DNA of 64,000 bases, taken from assembly GCA_965219455.1 (NCBI GenBank), contig OZ244744.1, positions 4,448,001 through 4,512,000 on the forward strand, given 5' to 3'. Numbering within the stretch: position 1 is the first letter of the stretch; each line of letters begins with the position of its first letter. Positions 47,369 to 56,708 of this stretch are shown in pieces. The notes under the pieces are model-generated. The model did no database searches and was not told where the DNA came from. It saw only the letters and a program-made list of their open reading frames with translations. Position numbers and translations under genes: made by a program. The stretch is from Candidatus Latescibacterota bacterium. GTDB lineage: Bacteria > Latescibacterota > UBA2968 > GCA-2709665.

Positions 47369-48358
47369 ATGAACGATAATCCCCTCAGGGTCGCCGTCAT
47401 CGGCGCCAGTGGAATCGGTCAGCATCACGCCCGTTGGTACGATCTCTCGGGGTGTGAAGTGGTTGCGTTTGCGGGTACGTCAAATGCCTCGTGTGAGCAC
47501 ACCCGCGCGCGGTTGGCATCCTACTTCGGATTCCGCGGCCGGACGTATCAGGATGTGGAGGCAATGCTTCGGGAGGAGGCCCCTGACATTGTCGCGGTAA
47601 CGAGCCCTTACCCCATGCACAAGGCGCACGCGCTTGCCGCGCTGGAGGCGGGGGCGCACGTGTTGTGCGAGAAGCCATTCTGTTGGGACAAGAACAAGGA
47701 TTTGGATGAGATTCTTGCGGACGGACGGGCAGTTGTGGCAAAGGCGAAGGACGCCGGCCGTCTGCTGGGTGTGTCTGCCCAGTATCCGGCGGGCATTCCA
47801 CATTACCGGGCCTTTTACGAGCAGGTCCGCGGGGCGTGGGACGACGTGACCCGGATTACGATGGAAATGGAAGTGAAGGGAAGAAAGGGTCCAAAACGCT
47901 ACGAGGAAATCTGGGCGGACGTCGCCCCGCACGCGTTGAGTCTGGTCATCGGATTCCTGCCGGATGGCAGGATGGATACGGGAACAGCGGTCTGTGAAAT
48001 CGAAGAGCGGGAGAATCGGGCGCGGTTTGACTGCGTCAGCCCCGGCGGGCGCTGCGCCGTCGATCTTGTGTTAAGGGATATCGACGTAGGCATTCCGGCC
48101 CGCCGGTTCGGTGTGAACGGCTTCATGGTGGATTGGGAGGGGTACGCAGATGCCGATGGGATCTACCGCGCACGGCTGGTTCATGGCGGTGAGTCGTTAC
48201 CATGTGACGACTTTCTGCATATTCTGATTGAGGCCTTCGTTTCGTTGGTGCGGGGTTCGGGCCGGCGGGCAGTTGTTTCAGGAAAGGAAGGGTTGCTGGG
48301 ACTGGAATACCAGGTCGAACTGTTGCGCATGGCCAGAGGGCGGGTCCCCTCCCAATGA
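47369..48358 (+). CDS. Gfo/Idh/MocA family oxidoreductase
   Basis: VAVIGASGIG..H, PDIVAV.SP...H, AGAHVLCEKP. Confidence 0.82.
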   Translation: MNDNPLRVAVIGASGIGQHHARWYDLSGCEVVAFAGTSNASCEHTRARLASYFGFRGRTYQDVEAMLREEAPDIVAVTSPYPMHKAHALAALEAGAHVLCEKPFCWDKNKDLDEILADGRAVVAKAKDAGRLLGVSAQYPAGIPHYRAFYEQVRGAWDDVTRITMEMEVKGRKGPKRYEEIWADVAPHALSLVIGFLPDGRMDTGTAVCEIEERENRARFDCVSPGGRCAVDLVLRDIDVGIPARRFGVNGFMVDWEGYADADGIYRARLVHGGESLPCDDFLHILIEAFVSLVRGSGRRAVVSGKEGLLGLEYQVELLRMARGRVPSQ

Positions 48359-49158
48359 CGAGCACCGGGCGTGTAGGAATGAAACCAGTGCGCAAGGCCA
48401 GTATTGCGGTTATCGTCACCTGTCACAACTACGGCCGTTACCTTCAGCAATGCCTGCATTCGATTGAATCGCAGGTGTTGAAGCCGGCGTCCGTTCTGGT
48501 CGTGGACGACGCCAGCACGGACGAGACAGAGGCCGTCGTCCGGCAGTTTCCGGAGGTGGAGTACCGGCGGGTTGAATTCCTGAATGGCAACAGATCCCGC
48601 AATTTTGGCTTCACTCAGGTCACTGCCGAGTGGGTTGTCTTTTTCGACGCGGACAACTATATGGCGCCCGAATTTCTGGATAAGCTTTACGGGGCGTCAC
48701 GCGCGCGGCCGGGCCTTGATTTTGTGTATTGCGATCGCATCAATTTCACAGACGGGGATGGTTCATGGTATCCGGAGCGGGAGGGAGTCCGGAAGTCCGG
48801 ACCCTTTCAGCCGGAGCGGCTGCGACAGGGCAATTATGTCGATCTCGCCTCGTTATTGCGTGCCGGTTGTTTTCCCGGTTTTGACGAATCTCTGCGGCGT
48901 TATCAGGATTGGGATCTCTGGTTGAATGTCGTCTTGAGACAGGGTGGGCGTGGATTCTACGTGCCGCAACCCCTTTTTTACTATCGGATCCACGGCGCCA
49001 ATGTCAGCCGAAAGGAGTCCGACGACCGGGCGGTCTGGTCCGTCCGACGGAAATACGGACTCGGACTCTACTTCAATCTGCCGCTGATTAAGGACGTACG
49101 CTGGCTGTTCTGTATCCTGCGAAAAATAAAAAGAGTCGTTTTCGGCTATAACCGCTGA
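48355..49158 (+). CDS. Glycosyltransferase family 2
   Basis: VIVTCHNYGRYL..CL.SI..Q, VVDDASTD, FFDADN, GFDE...YQDWDLWL, YYRIH. ATGA overlap with the upstream gene. Confidence 0.88.
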   Translation: MTSTGRVGMKPVRKASIAVIVTCHNYGRYLQQCLHSIESQVLKPASVLVVDDASTDETEAVVRQFPEVEYRRVEFLNGNRSRNFGFTQVTAEWVVFFDADNYMAPEFLDKLYGASRARPGLDFVYCDRINFTDGDGSWYPEREGVRKSGPFQPERLRQGNYVDLASLLRAGCFPGFDESLRRYQDWDLWLNVVLRQGGRGFYVPQPLFYYRIHGANVSRKESDDRAVWSVRRKYGLGLYFNLPLIKDVRWLFCILRKIKRVVFGYNR

Positions 49159-49253
49159 CGATAAGGTGACGTCGGTTTTCTCCTCGCCGGGTAGCCGGCT
49201 TGTTGCCCGATCGTGAGCCGGGCCGAGGTTGCGAGGATCCCGGACCATCGCAC

Positions 49254-49802
49254 CTATTTCGCAAACCCAAGAAAATTCAGAAACTCACGTTTTCCGCCTG
49301 CCTCTTCCTTCTTGTTCCAGGATTCGACCCGCTCGTAATAACACTGCTCCTCTTTTTCTTCCCAATCGCACAAGGCCTTGATTTGTCTGAGCGAGTTCCG
49401 GCCGTCGAGTTCGTACGGACATTCAACCGCGTCGCTGATACTGAGGAATTCGATCCCGCCGCGCGCGTCGAATTCGACGTTGAAGGGATAACGGCGACAG
49501 GTTACCGGGCGAAATTCATAGATGGTGCAGAGGTCGTCCTTTCCAAGAAATCGGCATCCGTCTTCATTCCGGCTCAAGCCCATGATGCGGTGTTCGTCTT
49601 CGAGCCTGATCCATCCCGGATTCGAGACGCCCCATTCAATTTCACCGGGTGAATAGAATTCAACGACATCGGCGGCGTCCCGGTCCGTATATAACACAAT
49701 GCGCCGGATATCTTCGTCCGTCACCAGTGCGATGGGTTCCCTGCAACAGTTACCGCAACCCGTGCAACGGAACCTGAGAAGGTGTTTCCATGCTGTCGCC
49801 AT
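49254..49802 (-). CDS. YkgJ/UPF0153 family CxxCxxCC cysteine-cluster protein
   Basis: FRCTGCGNCC, GCRFL....CTIYEFRPVTCRRYPF. Confidence 0.88.
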   Translation of the reverse strand: MATAWKHLLRFRCTGCGNCCREPIALVTDEDIRRIVLYTDRDAADVVEFYSPGEIEWGVSNPGWIRLEDEHRIMGLSRNEDGCRFLGKDDLCTIYEFRPVTCRRYPFNVEFDARGGIEFLSISDAVECPYELDGRNSLRQIKALCDWEEKEEQCYYERVESWNKKEEAGGKREFLNFLGFAK

Positions 49803-50161
49803 CGTATGGTATCCCGGACGCCGGGAATGCAAGCCGGCGAAGCGTATTGCTAGTGTTCTTCAACATGGGGTGTGTCGTCGATCGTTCTTCCGGTCGCCTC
49901 GACTCCCCATCGCGGTTGTATACGATCGTTCCGGGACAAACATATCCAGATGGATGCAGGCTGTCAAGGGCTGCGTAACCGGGAAATGAGGCTCGATTTT
50001 GTCTTTTCACCGGGGCCCCGGTTTGTTATACTTGGAATTTCCGTGAATCGGGACGGATTGAACCGGGGCTTCGGAGACATCGTCGTGGAGTTAAGAGGCG
50101 ACCGACGGTCGCCTCCCCGCGGAGGACAGCTGGCCCGGATCCGGCAATTCCTGGGGGCCGT

Positions 50162-50878
50162 TTGGACACTACGCATCTGGTGCTGGCGTTGGCGGGCCTG
50201 CTCATTGGCGTTATGAAGGCGGGTTTCGGCGGCGGCGTGGGTGTGGTCGTGACGCCGCTTCTGGCGCTCGTGATGCCGGCCAAGCTGGCGCTGGGTGTCA
50301 TGCTTCCGCTATCGCTGGCGGCGGATTTGATCGCTATTAAGTATTACTGGAAATACCGGGTTTCGAGATTCGTCTTCGCTCTGATTCCCGGAATGGCAGT
50401 GGGCGTGTTGGTTGGCTGGGTATTGCTGGATGCGATTCCGGAACTCTGGTTCCGGCGGATGCTTGGCGGACTGGCTTGCGTCTTCGGGTTGTTGCAGACA
50501 TTTAAGGACCGTCTGCCGAAAGTGCCACCCGTCTCGGGAGTCGCCGCCGGCGTGGCGTTGGGTGTCGTCTCGGTACTCACCCATTCGGGAGGCATCATTC
50601 TTATGCTCTATCTGATGCCACGGGGGTTGAGCGGCCGGGTGTTTGTGTCCACGGCGGTGGTGGTCGGGCTCGTTCTGAATACGATGAAATCAGGGGCCTA
50701 TGCGAAACTGGGTCTGCTGGGTCCCGAAGTCTGGCTTATGGACCTCTGGATGCTCCCGACGCTTGCCGCGGGCGTTGGGGTCGGCATTCTGATGAACCGC
50801 CGCTTGCCGGTCGTGTGGTTCAACAGGGCAATTCTGACACTGGTTCTTGTGATCGGCGTCAGGTTGATGATATCGTAA
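50162..50878 (+). CDS. TauE/SafE family (sulfite exporter-like) membrane protein
   Basis: GVMKAGFGGG.G...TPLLAL, MLPL..AAD, HSGG, multiple TM segments. Confidence 0.85.
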   Translation: MDTTHLVLALAGLLIGVMKAGFGGGVGVVVTPLLALVMPAKLALGVMLPLSLAADLIAIKYYWKYRVSRFVFALIPGMAVGVLVGWVLLDAIPELWFRRMLGGLACVFGLLQTFKDRLPKVPPVSGVAAGVALGVVSVLTHSGGIILMLYLMPRGLSGRVFVSTAVVVGLVLNTMKSGAYAKLGLLGPEVWLMDLWMLPTLAAGVGVGILMNRRLPVVWFNRAILTLVLVIGVRLMIS

Positions 50879-50922
50879 GAACGTGGTGGGCGCATGGCGC
50901 TTCAAACGGTGCGGGAGGACGT

Positions 50923-51657
50923 ATGTCCAGGCCCGTAATTGGTATCACCACGAGTGTTGAAACACCCGAAGGCGGGGATTCCCGGCAGGTCGTGAGCCGC
51001 GCATATATTCGTGCGGTTGAACGCGCTGGAGGATGTCCGGTGATTCTGCCGATGGTCGATCACAGAGATGCGCTGGCGCCGGTGCTCGACCGGATCGATG
51101 GGCTGATCATTACGGGCGGTCCGGGCATCACGGACGGGCTCATCGGCGCTCTGCCCGAGGATTTGCCGCCCGTGGACCCGACCCGCGGCCGTGCGGATGG
51201 GTGGGTCTTCCAGGGCGCACGAGAACGGGATCTCCCGATGCTGGGCATTTGCTACGGGATGCAGTTCATCAATGCCCAATTCGACGGTGCGATTTATGGG
51301 GATCTGCAGGCCCAACTCGGCAAATGCGCCCACTCGCCCGGGCGGTCGGGGGAACGTGGGGTGCGGCACCTCGTGCGGACGCGGGCCGATACCTGGCTTG
51401 CCCGCCTGACCGGCCGTGACCCCGCGGAGGTGAATAGCTCCCATATTCAGGCCATAGAGGGGCCAGGGATCGGGCTCCGCGTGAATGCGGTAAGCGAGGA
51501 CGGGGTGATTGAGGGGATCGAGACGGAAGATGGCCGCATTATTGGCGTTCAGTTTCACCCGGAAGGGTTGCCAGGCACGGTCTGGGACCGCATTTTCGAA
51601 CATCTGGTTGCAATATCGCAGACAGGCGGGAACAGGGGTCCCGGCAGCCGGGACTGA
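50923..51657 (+). CDS. Peptidase C26 / gamma-glutamyl-GABA hydrolase-like glutamine amidotransferase
   Basis: RPVIGIT, AGG.PVILP, DGLIITGG, LGICYGMQ (Cys), VNSSH.QA, GVQFHPE (His, Glu). Confidence 0.88.
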   Translation: MSRPVIGITTSVETPEGGDSRQVVSRAYIRAVERAGGCPVILPMVDHRDALAPVLDRIDGLIITGGPGITDGLIGALPEDLPPVDPTRGRADGWVFQGARERDLPMLGICYGMQFINAQFDGAIYGDLQAQLGKCAHSPGRSGERGVRHLVRTRADTWLARLTGRDPAEVNSSHIQAIEGPGIGLRVNAVSEDGVIEGIETEDGRIIGVQFHPEGLPGTVWDRIFEHLVAISQTGGNRGPGSRD

Positions 51658-51762
51658 ATTTAATGCGGCGACCACCGCCGGTGTCCGAACCGAGGCGGTT
51701 GCTGAATAAAACGGTCTGAACGAGTGATGATTCGAAAGTACGCATCCAGGAAGGGATCTGCG

Positions 51763-52422
51763 ATGAGAGAGCGACCTGTTTACTGCTGCAGAAATGTCTC
51801 CAACCCGCCGCCGCTGGACGGGAAGATTTCCGGGACGGTGTGGGAGTTGGCCGACAAAGTCAACCGGGCATTCCATTTGCTCGGTACGGAAGCCGACCCG
51901 CCCGGTTATTTTCTGGAAGCCGCGGCGCTGTGGGACGAGGAGGCCCTGTACGTATGTCTTGTATCCGATCCGTCTCCCATTCCCGTGACGATGCGGGCGC
52001 GGGATCAGAATCTTTTCAACGAATGTGCTGTAGAGGTCTTCCTTCGAGCGGGGGGCGGTTACTACGAAATTGAGGTGAACCCCCGTGGCGCGGTACTGGA
52101 TCTGTATTTCCCGGACGAGAGGGAGACCGACTGGCGGAAGATGGCGGAATACGACGTGCCGGGGCTGGTGTGGTCGGCTACGGAGGTGGATGCAAATGGG
52201 CGCTGGTGCGCACAGCTGGCCATTCCGTGGGGCGGCGTACCGGACGTCGGCCGGGCGCAGCACGAAGGAACGGCGTGCGTTTTCGCGAATTTCACACGAA
52301 GCCAGAAGTTGCCAGACGGAAGTTATCATCTAACCACGTGGGGGCCTGCCCGGAATGCCTTTTGCGAATTGGCGAATATGGGCTGTGTGGTGCTCTCGCC
52401 CCACGAACAGGCATCTCAATGA
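51763..52422 (+). CDS. CBM9-like (DOMON-type) sugar-binding domain protein
   Basis: PPLDGKI...VW, ALWDEEALYV, VEVFL, YYEIEVNP.G...D, W.A.LAIPW, ANF.R. Confidence 0.72.
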   Translation: MRERPVYCCRNVSNPPPLDGKISGTVWELADKVNRAFHLLGTEADPPGYFLEAAALWDEEALYVCLVSDPSPIPVTMRARDQNLFNECAVEVFLRAGGGYYEIEVNPRGAVLDLYFPDERETDWRKMAEYDVPGLVWSATEVDANGRWCAQLAIPWGGVPDVGRAQHEGTACVFANFTRSQKLPDGSYHLTTWGPARNAFCELANMGCVVLSPHEQASQ

Positions 52423-52988
52423 ACGAATCCGCTTGCCCCGCCACGCCACGAGAGGATCGTTCGGCCAATCCATTCTGGACGATTTCAAATGGGCTGAGCC
52501 TGCTCCGGGCCGGGTTGACCGGACCGGTACTCTGGTTGATATGGATGGGGCCTGCGGGTAAGTGGTATCTGTTCTCTGTTGTCATTGCGATGATAATAAC
52601 CGATATTCTGGACGGCTATTTCGCAAGACGCTGGGGGGCCGTTACGTACTGGGGAAAGATCCTGGACCCCCTTGCCGACAAGGTGGCGATTGATGCGATC
52701 GCAATTATGCTGGCGCTCGTAAAGGGATTGCCGCTCTGGGTGGTCGTGGTAATTGTCGGGCGCGATGTCTTGATTGTTCTGGGCGGTGTATTTTTGGCTA
52801 CGCGGGACCAGATCGTGTATTCTTCGAACCTCTGGGGCAAGCTGACCACCTGTGCGATGAGCGTACTGTTGATTGCCTACGCGATGGATGCCGAGCCGCT
52901 GAAGGATCCTTTTCTGTACCTGTCGGCCGTACTGCTGCTGGTTTCTTCGGTAAGCTACGCACGGAGATTTCCAAGGCGCAAGGCCTAG
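52419..52988 (+). CDS. CDP-alcohol phosphatidyltransferase (PgsA-like)
   Basis: TISNGLSLLR, TDILDGYFARR......WGKILDPLADK, GRD, GKLTT. Confidence 0.9.
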   Translation: MNESACPATPREDRSANPFWTISNGLSLLRAGLTGPVLWLIWMGPAGKWYLFSVVIAMIITDILDGYFARRWGAVTYWGKILDPLADKVAIDAIAIMLALVKGLPLWVVVVIVGRDVLIVLGGVFLATRDQIVYSSNLWGKLTTCAMSVLLIAYAMDAEPLKDPFLYLSAVLLLVSSVSYARRFPRRKA

Positions 52989-53008
52989 CACGGCAGGCTT
53001 TTTTCTTT
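52980..53008 (+). terminator. Possible intrinsic terminator overlapping the stop codon
   Basis: AGGCCT-AGCACGGC-AGGCTT followed by TTTTCTTT. Confidence 0.35.
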
Positions 53009-53021
53009 CCACGAGAGGTCG

Positions 53022-53705
53022 TTGCAAGTTAGTGTGATTATTCCTGTTGTCAATGAGGCGGAGGTCATAGACGGTTTCCTGGCGCAGTTCCGCGAACAAC
53101 GGGACGTCGAAGTGATTGTGGTCGATGGCGGCAGTCGCGACGGTACGCAGGAGCGTATCCGGGAGACCGGAATGGTCCGGCTGGTGACGTCGCCGAGATC
53201 CGGCCGTTCCGTACAGATGAATCACGGGGCGAGTTCGGCCTCCGGGGAGGTCTTGCTGTTTCTGCATGCCGATACGTTTCTGCCGGAAGGCGGCATCGGG
53301 ATGATCCTGGAATCGCTTGAGGATCCGGATGTGGTGGGTGGACGATTCCGGCTGGGGCTTTCCGAGGATACGTGGATGTTTCGGGCGATCGCCTCACTTA
53401 GCACGATGCGTTCCAGATATCTGGGCATCACGTACGGAGATCAGGGAATCTACGTTCGTCGCTCCGTTTTCGACCGGGTGGCCGGGTTTCCGGACGTGGA
53501 GCTTTTCGAGGATTCGGAGTTCTGTGCGGCGGTACGCAAGTTGGGCCGTTTCGTATTGCTGAGTGGCACGGTCTGCAGTTCCACTCGCCGATGGCGGCAG
53601 CGGGGTGTCGTACCGACGGTGATCCGGATGTGGACGGTACGGATCCTGCACCTGTGTTCGGTTTCCGACAAGCGGTTGAGCCGTCTTTATCGCGACGTTC
53701 GATGA
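53022..53705 (+). CDS. GT2 glycosyltransferase, TIGR04283-like family
   Basis: SVIIPVVNE, VVDGGS.DGT, GR..QMN.GA, LFLHADT, YGDQGIYV, GFP...LFED, SSTRRW...G. Confidence 0.85.
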   Translation: MQVSVIIPVVNEAEVIDGFLAQFREQRDVEVIVVDGGSRDGTQERIRETGMVRLVTSPRSGRSVQMNHGASSASGEVLLFLHADTFLPEGGIGMILESLEDPDVVGGRFRLGLSEDTWMFRAIASLSTMRSRYLGITYGDQGIYVRRSVFDRVAGFPDVELFEDSEFCAAVRKLGRFVLLSGTVCSSTRRWRQRGVVPTVIRMWTVRILHLCSVSDKRLSRLYRDVR

Positions 53706-53902
53706 GACGGTCGAGTGATGGATTCTCCGAATGGATTCCGGGGTTCGGGATCCGGGCTACAGGCCATGGATGGCCCTATAGGATACGCGCCCCGGCCCAT
53801 TTTGCGGATGCGCGTGAGTCAGCGAAGAAAACGGCGGGTGAGGCCGATTCTATTATCACGATTTGCCCCGGGTGCGTTGCATCCGGATAGGACGGGACCT
53901 GG

Positions 53903-54799
53903 ATGCAATACCGGCGTTTTGGCAGGACGGACTGGCTGGTCAGCGAGGTGGGGATGGGCGGTGCGTGGTTCTACGGCCGGACTGAGGAGGGTCTGCTGCC
54001 CGACGCTCACGGGGTTAAGATGGTTGAGCGGGCGCTCGAGTTGGGCGTGAATTATTTCGATACGGCGCCCTTGTACGGAAAGGGCCGAAGCGAAGAAATG
54101 TTGGGGCTTGCCCTGGAAGGTGTGACGGAACCGTACTATCTGGCGACCAAGGTCGGTTATTATCCGGAACCGTTCGACTATTCACGGGACGCGATCTGGC
54201 GCGGATTCGACGCCAGTCTGAAACGACTGCGGCGGGATCGGGTGGATCTGCTCCAGGTGCATGAAGCGGAGCAGGCCGCCTGGGAAGGTATCTTCGGAAA
54301 GGAACGCACGCTGGAGACGCTGGTGGATATTCGTTCGCAAGGGCTCGCGCAACATATCGGATTGACCGGGTCTGACCTGTCATTGATGAGCAAAATCCTG
54401 AAGGAGACCGATGAGTTCGTATCCGTGATCACGTTTTGCAAGTACGATCTGCTGACACAGGAAGCCAAGGAAATTCTGGTGCCTGTCGCGGCAGCCGAGA
54501 ATGTCGCGGTGATCGCCGCGTCTCCCCTGCACGGAGGTCTGTTGGGTTCCAAGCGCGACAGGTTTATTGCAAACGGACGATTTCCCGAGTTGCACGCCAG
54601 GCTGCGCCGTGTGGAGGTCTTACTGGCGGACGAGCCGCAGGGTCTGGTAAACGTAGCGCTTCGGTACCTGCTTACGGACCCGCGGGTAAAGATGCTGCTT
54701 TGCGGGGCATCCGACGTGGAGGAGTTGGAAATGTGTGCATCGGTTTCGGACGGCGAGTACCTCCCGCCGGACCGGGTCCGGCAGATCGAGGAGGCTTAG
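53903..54799 (+). CDS. Aldo/keto reductase
   Basis: YRRFGRT...VSEVGMG, GVNYFDTAPLYG.G.SE, ATKVG, SLKRL..DRVDLLQVH. Confidence 0.92.
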   Translation: MQYRRFGRTDWLVSEVGMGGAWFYGRTEEGLLPDAHGVKMVERALELGVNYFDTAPLYGKGRSEEMLGLALEGVTEPYYLATKVGYYPEPFDYSRDAIWRGFDASLKRLRRDRVDLLQVHEAEQAAWEGIFGKERTLETLVDIRSQGLAQHIGLTGSDLSLMSKILKETDEFVSVITFCKYDLLTQEAKEILVPVAAAENVAVIAASPLHGGLLGSKRDRFIANGRFPELHARLRRVEVLLADEPQGLVNVALRYLLTDPRVKMLLCGASDVEELEMCASVSDGEYLPPDRVRQIEEA

Positions 54800-54800
54800 C

Positions 54801-55868
54801 ATGACCGCAGCGCGACTCGGTATTATCGGTCTGGGTTATATTACGGTAAATGCCCATCTCCCGCCACTGGCCGAACTTGCGGAGAGAGGTCTGGCGGTGT
54901 TCCAGGCGTTCTGCGACGTGGACGAAGAAACGGCGGCCCGCCAGGCGCGGACTTTCGGGGCGAAAACCGTATATACGGATCACCACGAGATGTTTGAGAA
55001 AGAGGAGTTGGACGGGGTTTACATCTGCATTCCACCCACCTTGCATACGGATGCCGAGTTGATCGCCGCGGAAAAAGGGATCCCGGTTATGGTGGAAAAA
55101 CCCCAGACTCTGGATATCGCACAGGCGATTCGGTTCAGCGAGGCAATCCGGAAGTCGGGCGCCCCTTCTCAGGTGGGCTTCATGAGCCGTTATTACGAAA
55201 CGGCGGAGTACATGCGGGAAAGGATATTGGAGCGCAGGGCGAGGCACGCGCTTGTGCAACTGCTTTACAGCGGGAGGCATATTCGCTACTGGACGAGCCG
55301 CTTCGAGCTGTGTGGAGGGTCGTTTGTCGAGAATACGATTCATATGGTGGATCTCCTCAGATTTTTCCTGGGTGACGTTACGGATGTGTCCGCGTTTTAT
55401 TTCTATCGCGAGCCCGGCGAGGGGCCCGAGCCCATTAATCTTCCCCACGTGTACGACGTGAATTACCGTTTTGAAGGTGGCGTCGTGGCCAGTGTCACAA
55501 CCTCGCGCGTGCTGACGAATGTGAATGCATCCAGGCGGGAGGTGGTGGTGGTATGCGACGATTCGCTTCTGGAGTGGTCAGCGGAAAGGGTCGTGGAAAA
55601 CGGTGAGACGATTTTCGAGGCGCCCGCCCGGAACAACCCGTTCGCCAGGCAGGCGCGAGCGTTTGTCGATGCGATCCGAACGGGCGACGCGTCCGGACTG
55701 CGCAACGGGTACGGGCAGGCGCTGAATAGTCTGGCCGCGGGTTTGGGGGCCAATGCGTCGGCCTCCGAAGGAGGCGCACTGATACGGCTGGACGAGTTCG
55801 TTTCCGGGGCTGTTTCCGGCCCGGATCGTAGCCCGGCGAATACGGGTGTGGAGCGCGAGACTTATTGA
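54801..55868 (+). CDS. Gfo/Idh/MocA family oxidoreductase
   Basis: LGIIGLG.I...H, VMVEKP, VGFMSRY, GGSFVENTIHMVDLLRF. Confidence 0.88.
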   Translation: MTAARLGIIGLGYITVNAHLPPLAELAERGLAVFQAFCDVDEETAARQARTFGAKTVYTDHHEMFEKEELDGVYICIPPTLHTDAELIAAEKGIPVMVEKPQTLDIAQAIRFSEAIRKSGAPSQVGFMSRYYETAEYMRERILERRARHALVQLLYSGRHIRYWTSRFELCGGSFVENTIHMVDLLRFFLGDVTDVSAFYFYREPGEGPEPINLPHVYDVNYRFEGGVVASVTTSRVLTNVNASRREVVVVCDDSLLEWSAERVVENGETIFEAPARNNPFARQARAFVDAIRTGDASGLRNGYGQALNSLAAGLGANASASEGGALIRLDEFVSGAVSGPDRSPANTGVERETY

Positions 55869-55875
55869 CATAGGG

Positions 55876-56304
55876 ATGGCGCCGATGAACGAAATCAGGT
55901 ATTTTACGCCCCTGGAGGCCAACCGGACATTGCCGCTGGTGAAACGAATTGTTGCCGACATCCAGGCTTCCGGTCGTCGGTTGCGTCAACTTGCCGGGGA
56001 ACTGGGGTCGGCCGCGGCCGATGATGCCGAGATAAAGAAGCTGATTGCGTCGCTGAATGAATTCTTCGAGGAATTGGAGGGAATCGGGTGTTCGTACAAA
56101 GATCCGAATTTCGCCCTCGGCCTGGTGGATTTTCCCTGCGTAATCAACGGCGAGGAGGTGCTTCTGTGCTGGCGGAGCGATGAGCCCCGGGTCACACACT
56201 ACCACAGTCCCACGGAAGGCTACCCGGGGCGCAAACGGATTCCCGATGAATTACTTCGGGAACGAACAACGGAACATGGAGAGGAGACAAAGGATGACGG
56301 TTAA
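55876..56304 (+). CDS. DUF2203 family protein
   Basis: YFT..EANRTLPLV..IV, G...KD....GLVDFP....GEEVLLCWR..E..V.HYH....GY.GR. Confidence 0.85.
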   Translation: MAPMNEIRYFTPLEANRTLPLVKRIVADIQASGRRLRQLAGELGSAAADDAEIKKLIASLNEFFEELEGIGCSYKDPNFALGLVDFPCVINGEEVLLCWRSDEPRVTHYHSPTEGYPGRKRIPDELLRERTTEHGEETKDDG

Positions 56305-56632
56305 GGAACTGGTGAGCCGGTTCCCGGAGATCCCGGCCGATCTTCGCGGTGAACCGCAGCTTGCGGCGTTCGCTGACGCGTTCGAAGCACAACTGGAAAT
56401 CGCGCGGAAGCCCAGCGCCTGCGCGGTGGAACACGACGCGGACAACCATTTCTATCTGCAGCTGATCGGACCCATCGACATCTACAGGTACGGACTCTAC
56501 GACAGGGAGCGGGTGTTGGAAGAGATCCGGAAACTCGTCGACGGCCATCGGGCCGACCCCGTCGGGTTTGTACGTGGTCTGCTTCCGGAGAAGATTGCGC
56601 GGCAGGAGGTTAAGGGGCCGGGCTGCGAATAG
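56294..56632 (+). CDS. Hypothetical protein
   Basis: 112-aa ORF overlapping the DUF2203 gene end, with a purine-rich RBS and host-like codon usage. No family recognised. Confidence 0.65.
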   Translation: MTVKELVSRFPEIPADLRGEPQLAAFADAFEAQLEIARKPSACAVEHDADNHFYLQLIGPIDIYRYGLYDRERVLEEIRKLVDGHRADPVGFVRGLLPEKIARQEVKGPGCE

Positions 56633-56708
56633 GACAGAGCAGGATTTGCGATGATCTTCACGAGGGGTGACTCCCAATGCAATTTTCCCATTCATTGAGC
56701 ACTCGGCT

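Noticed and set aside
53022-53705. Arsenosugar biosynthesis cluster suggested by the TIGR04283-like glycosyltransferase
   Set aside because: No arsenite methyltransferase or associated radical SAM gene is nearby, and the family is widespread outside that pathway.
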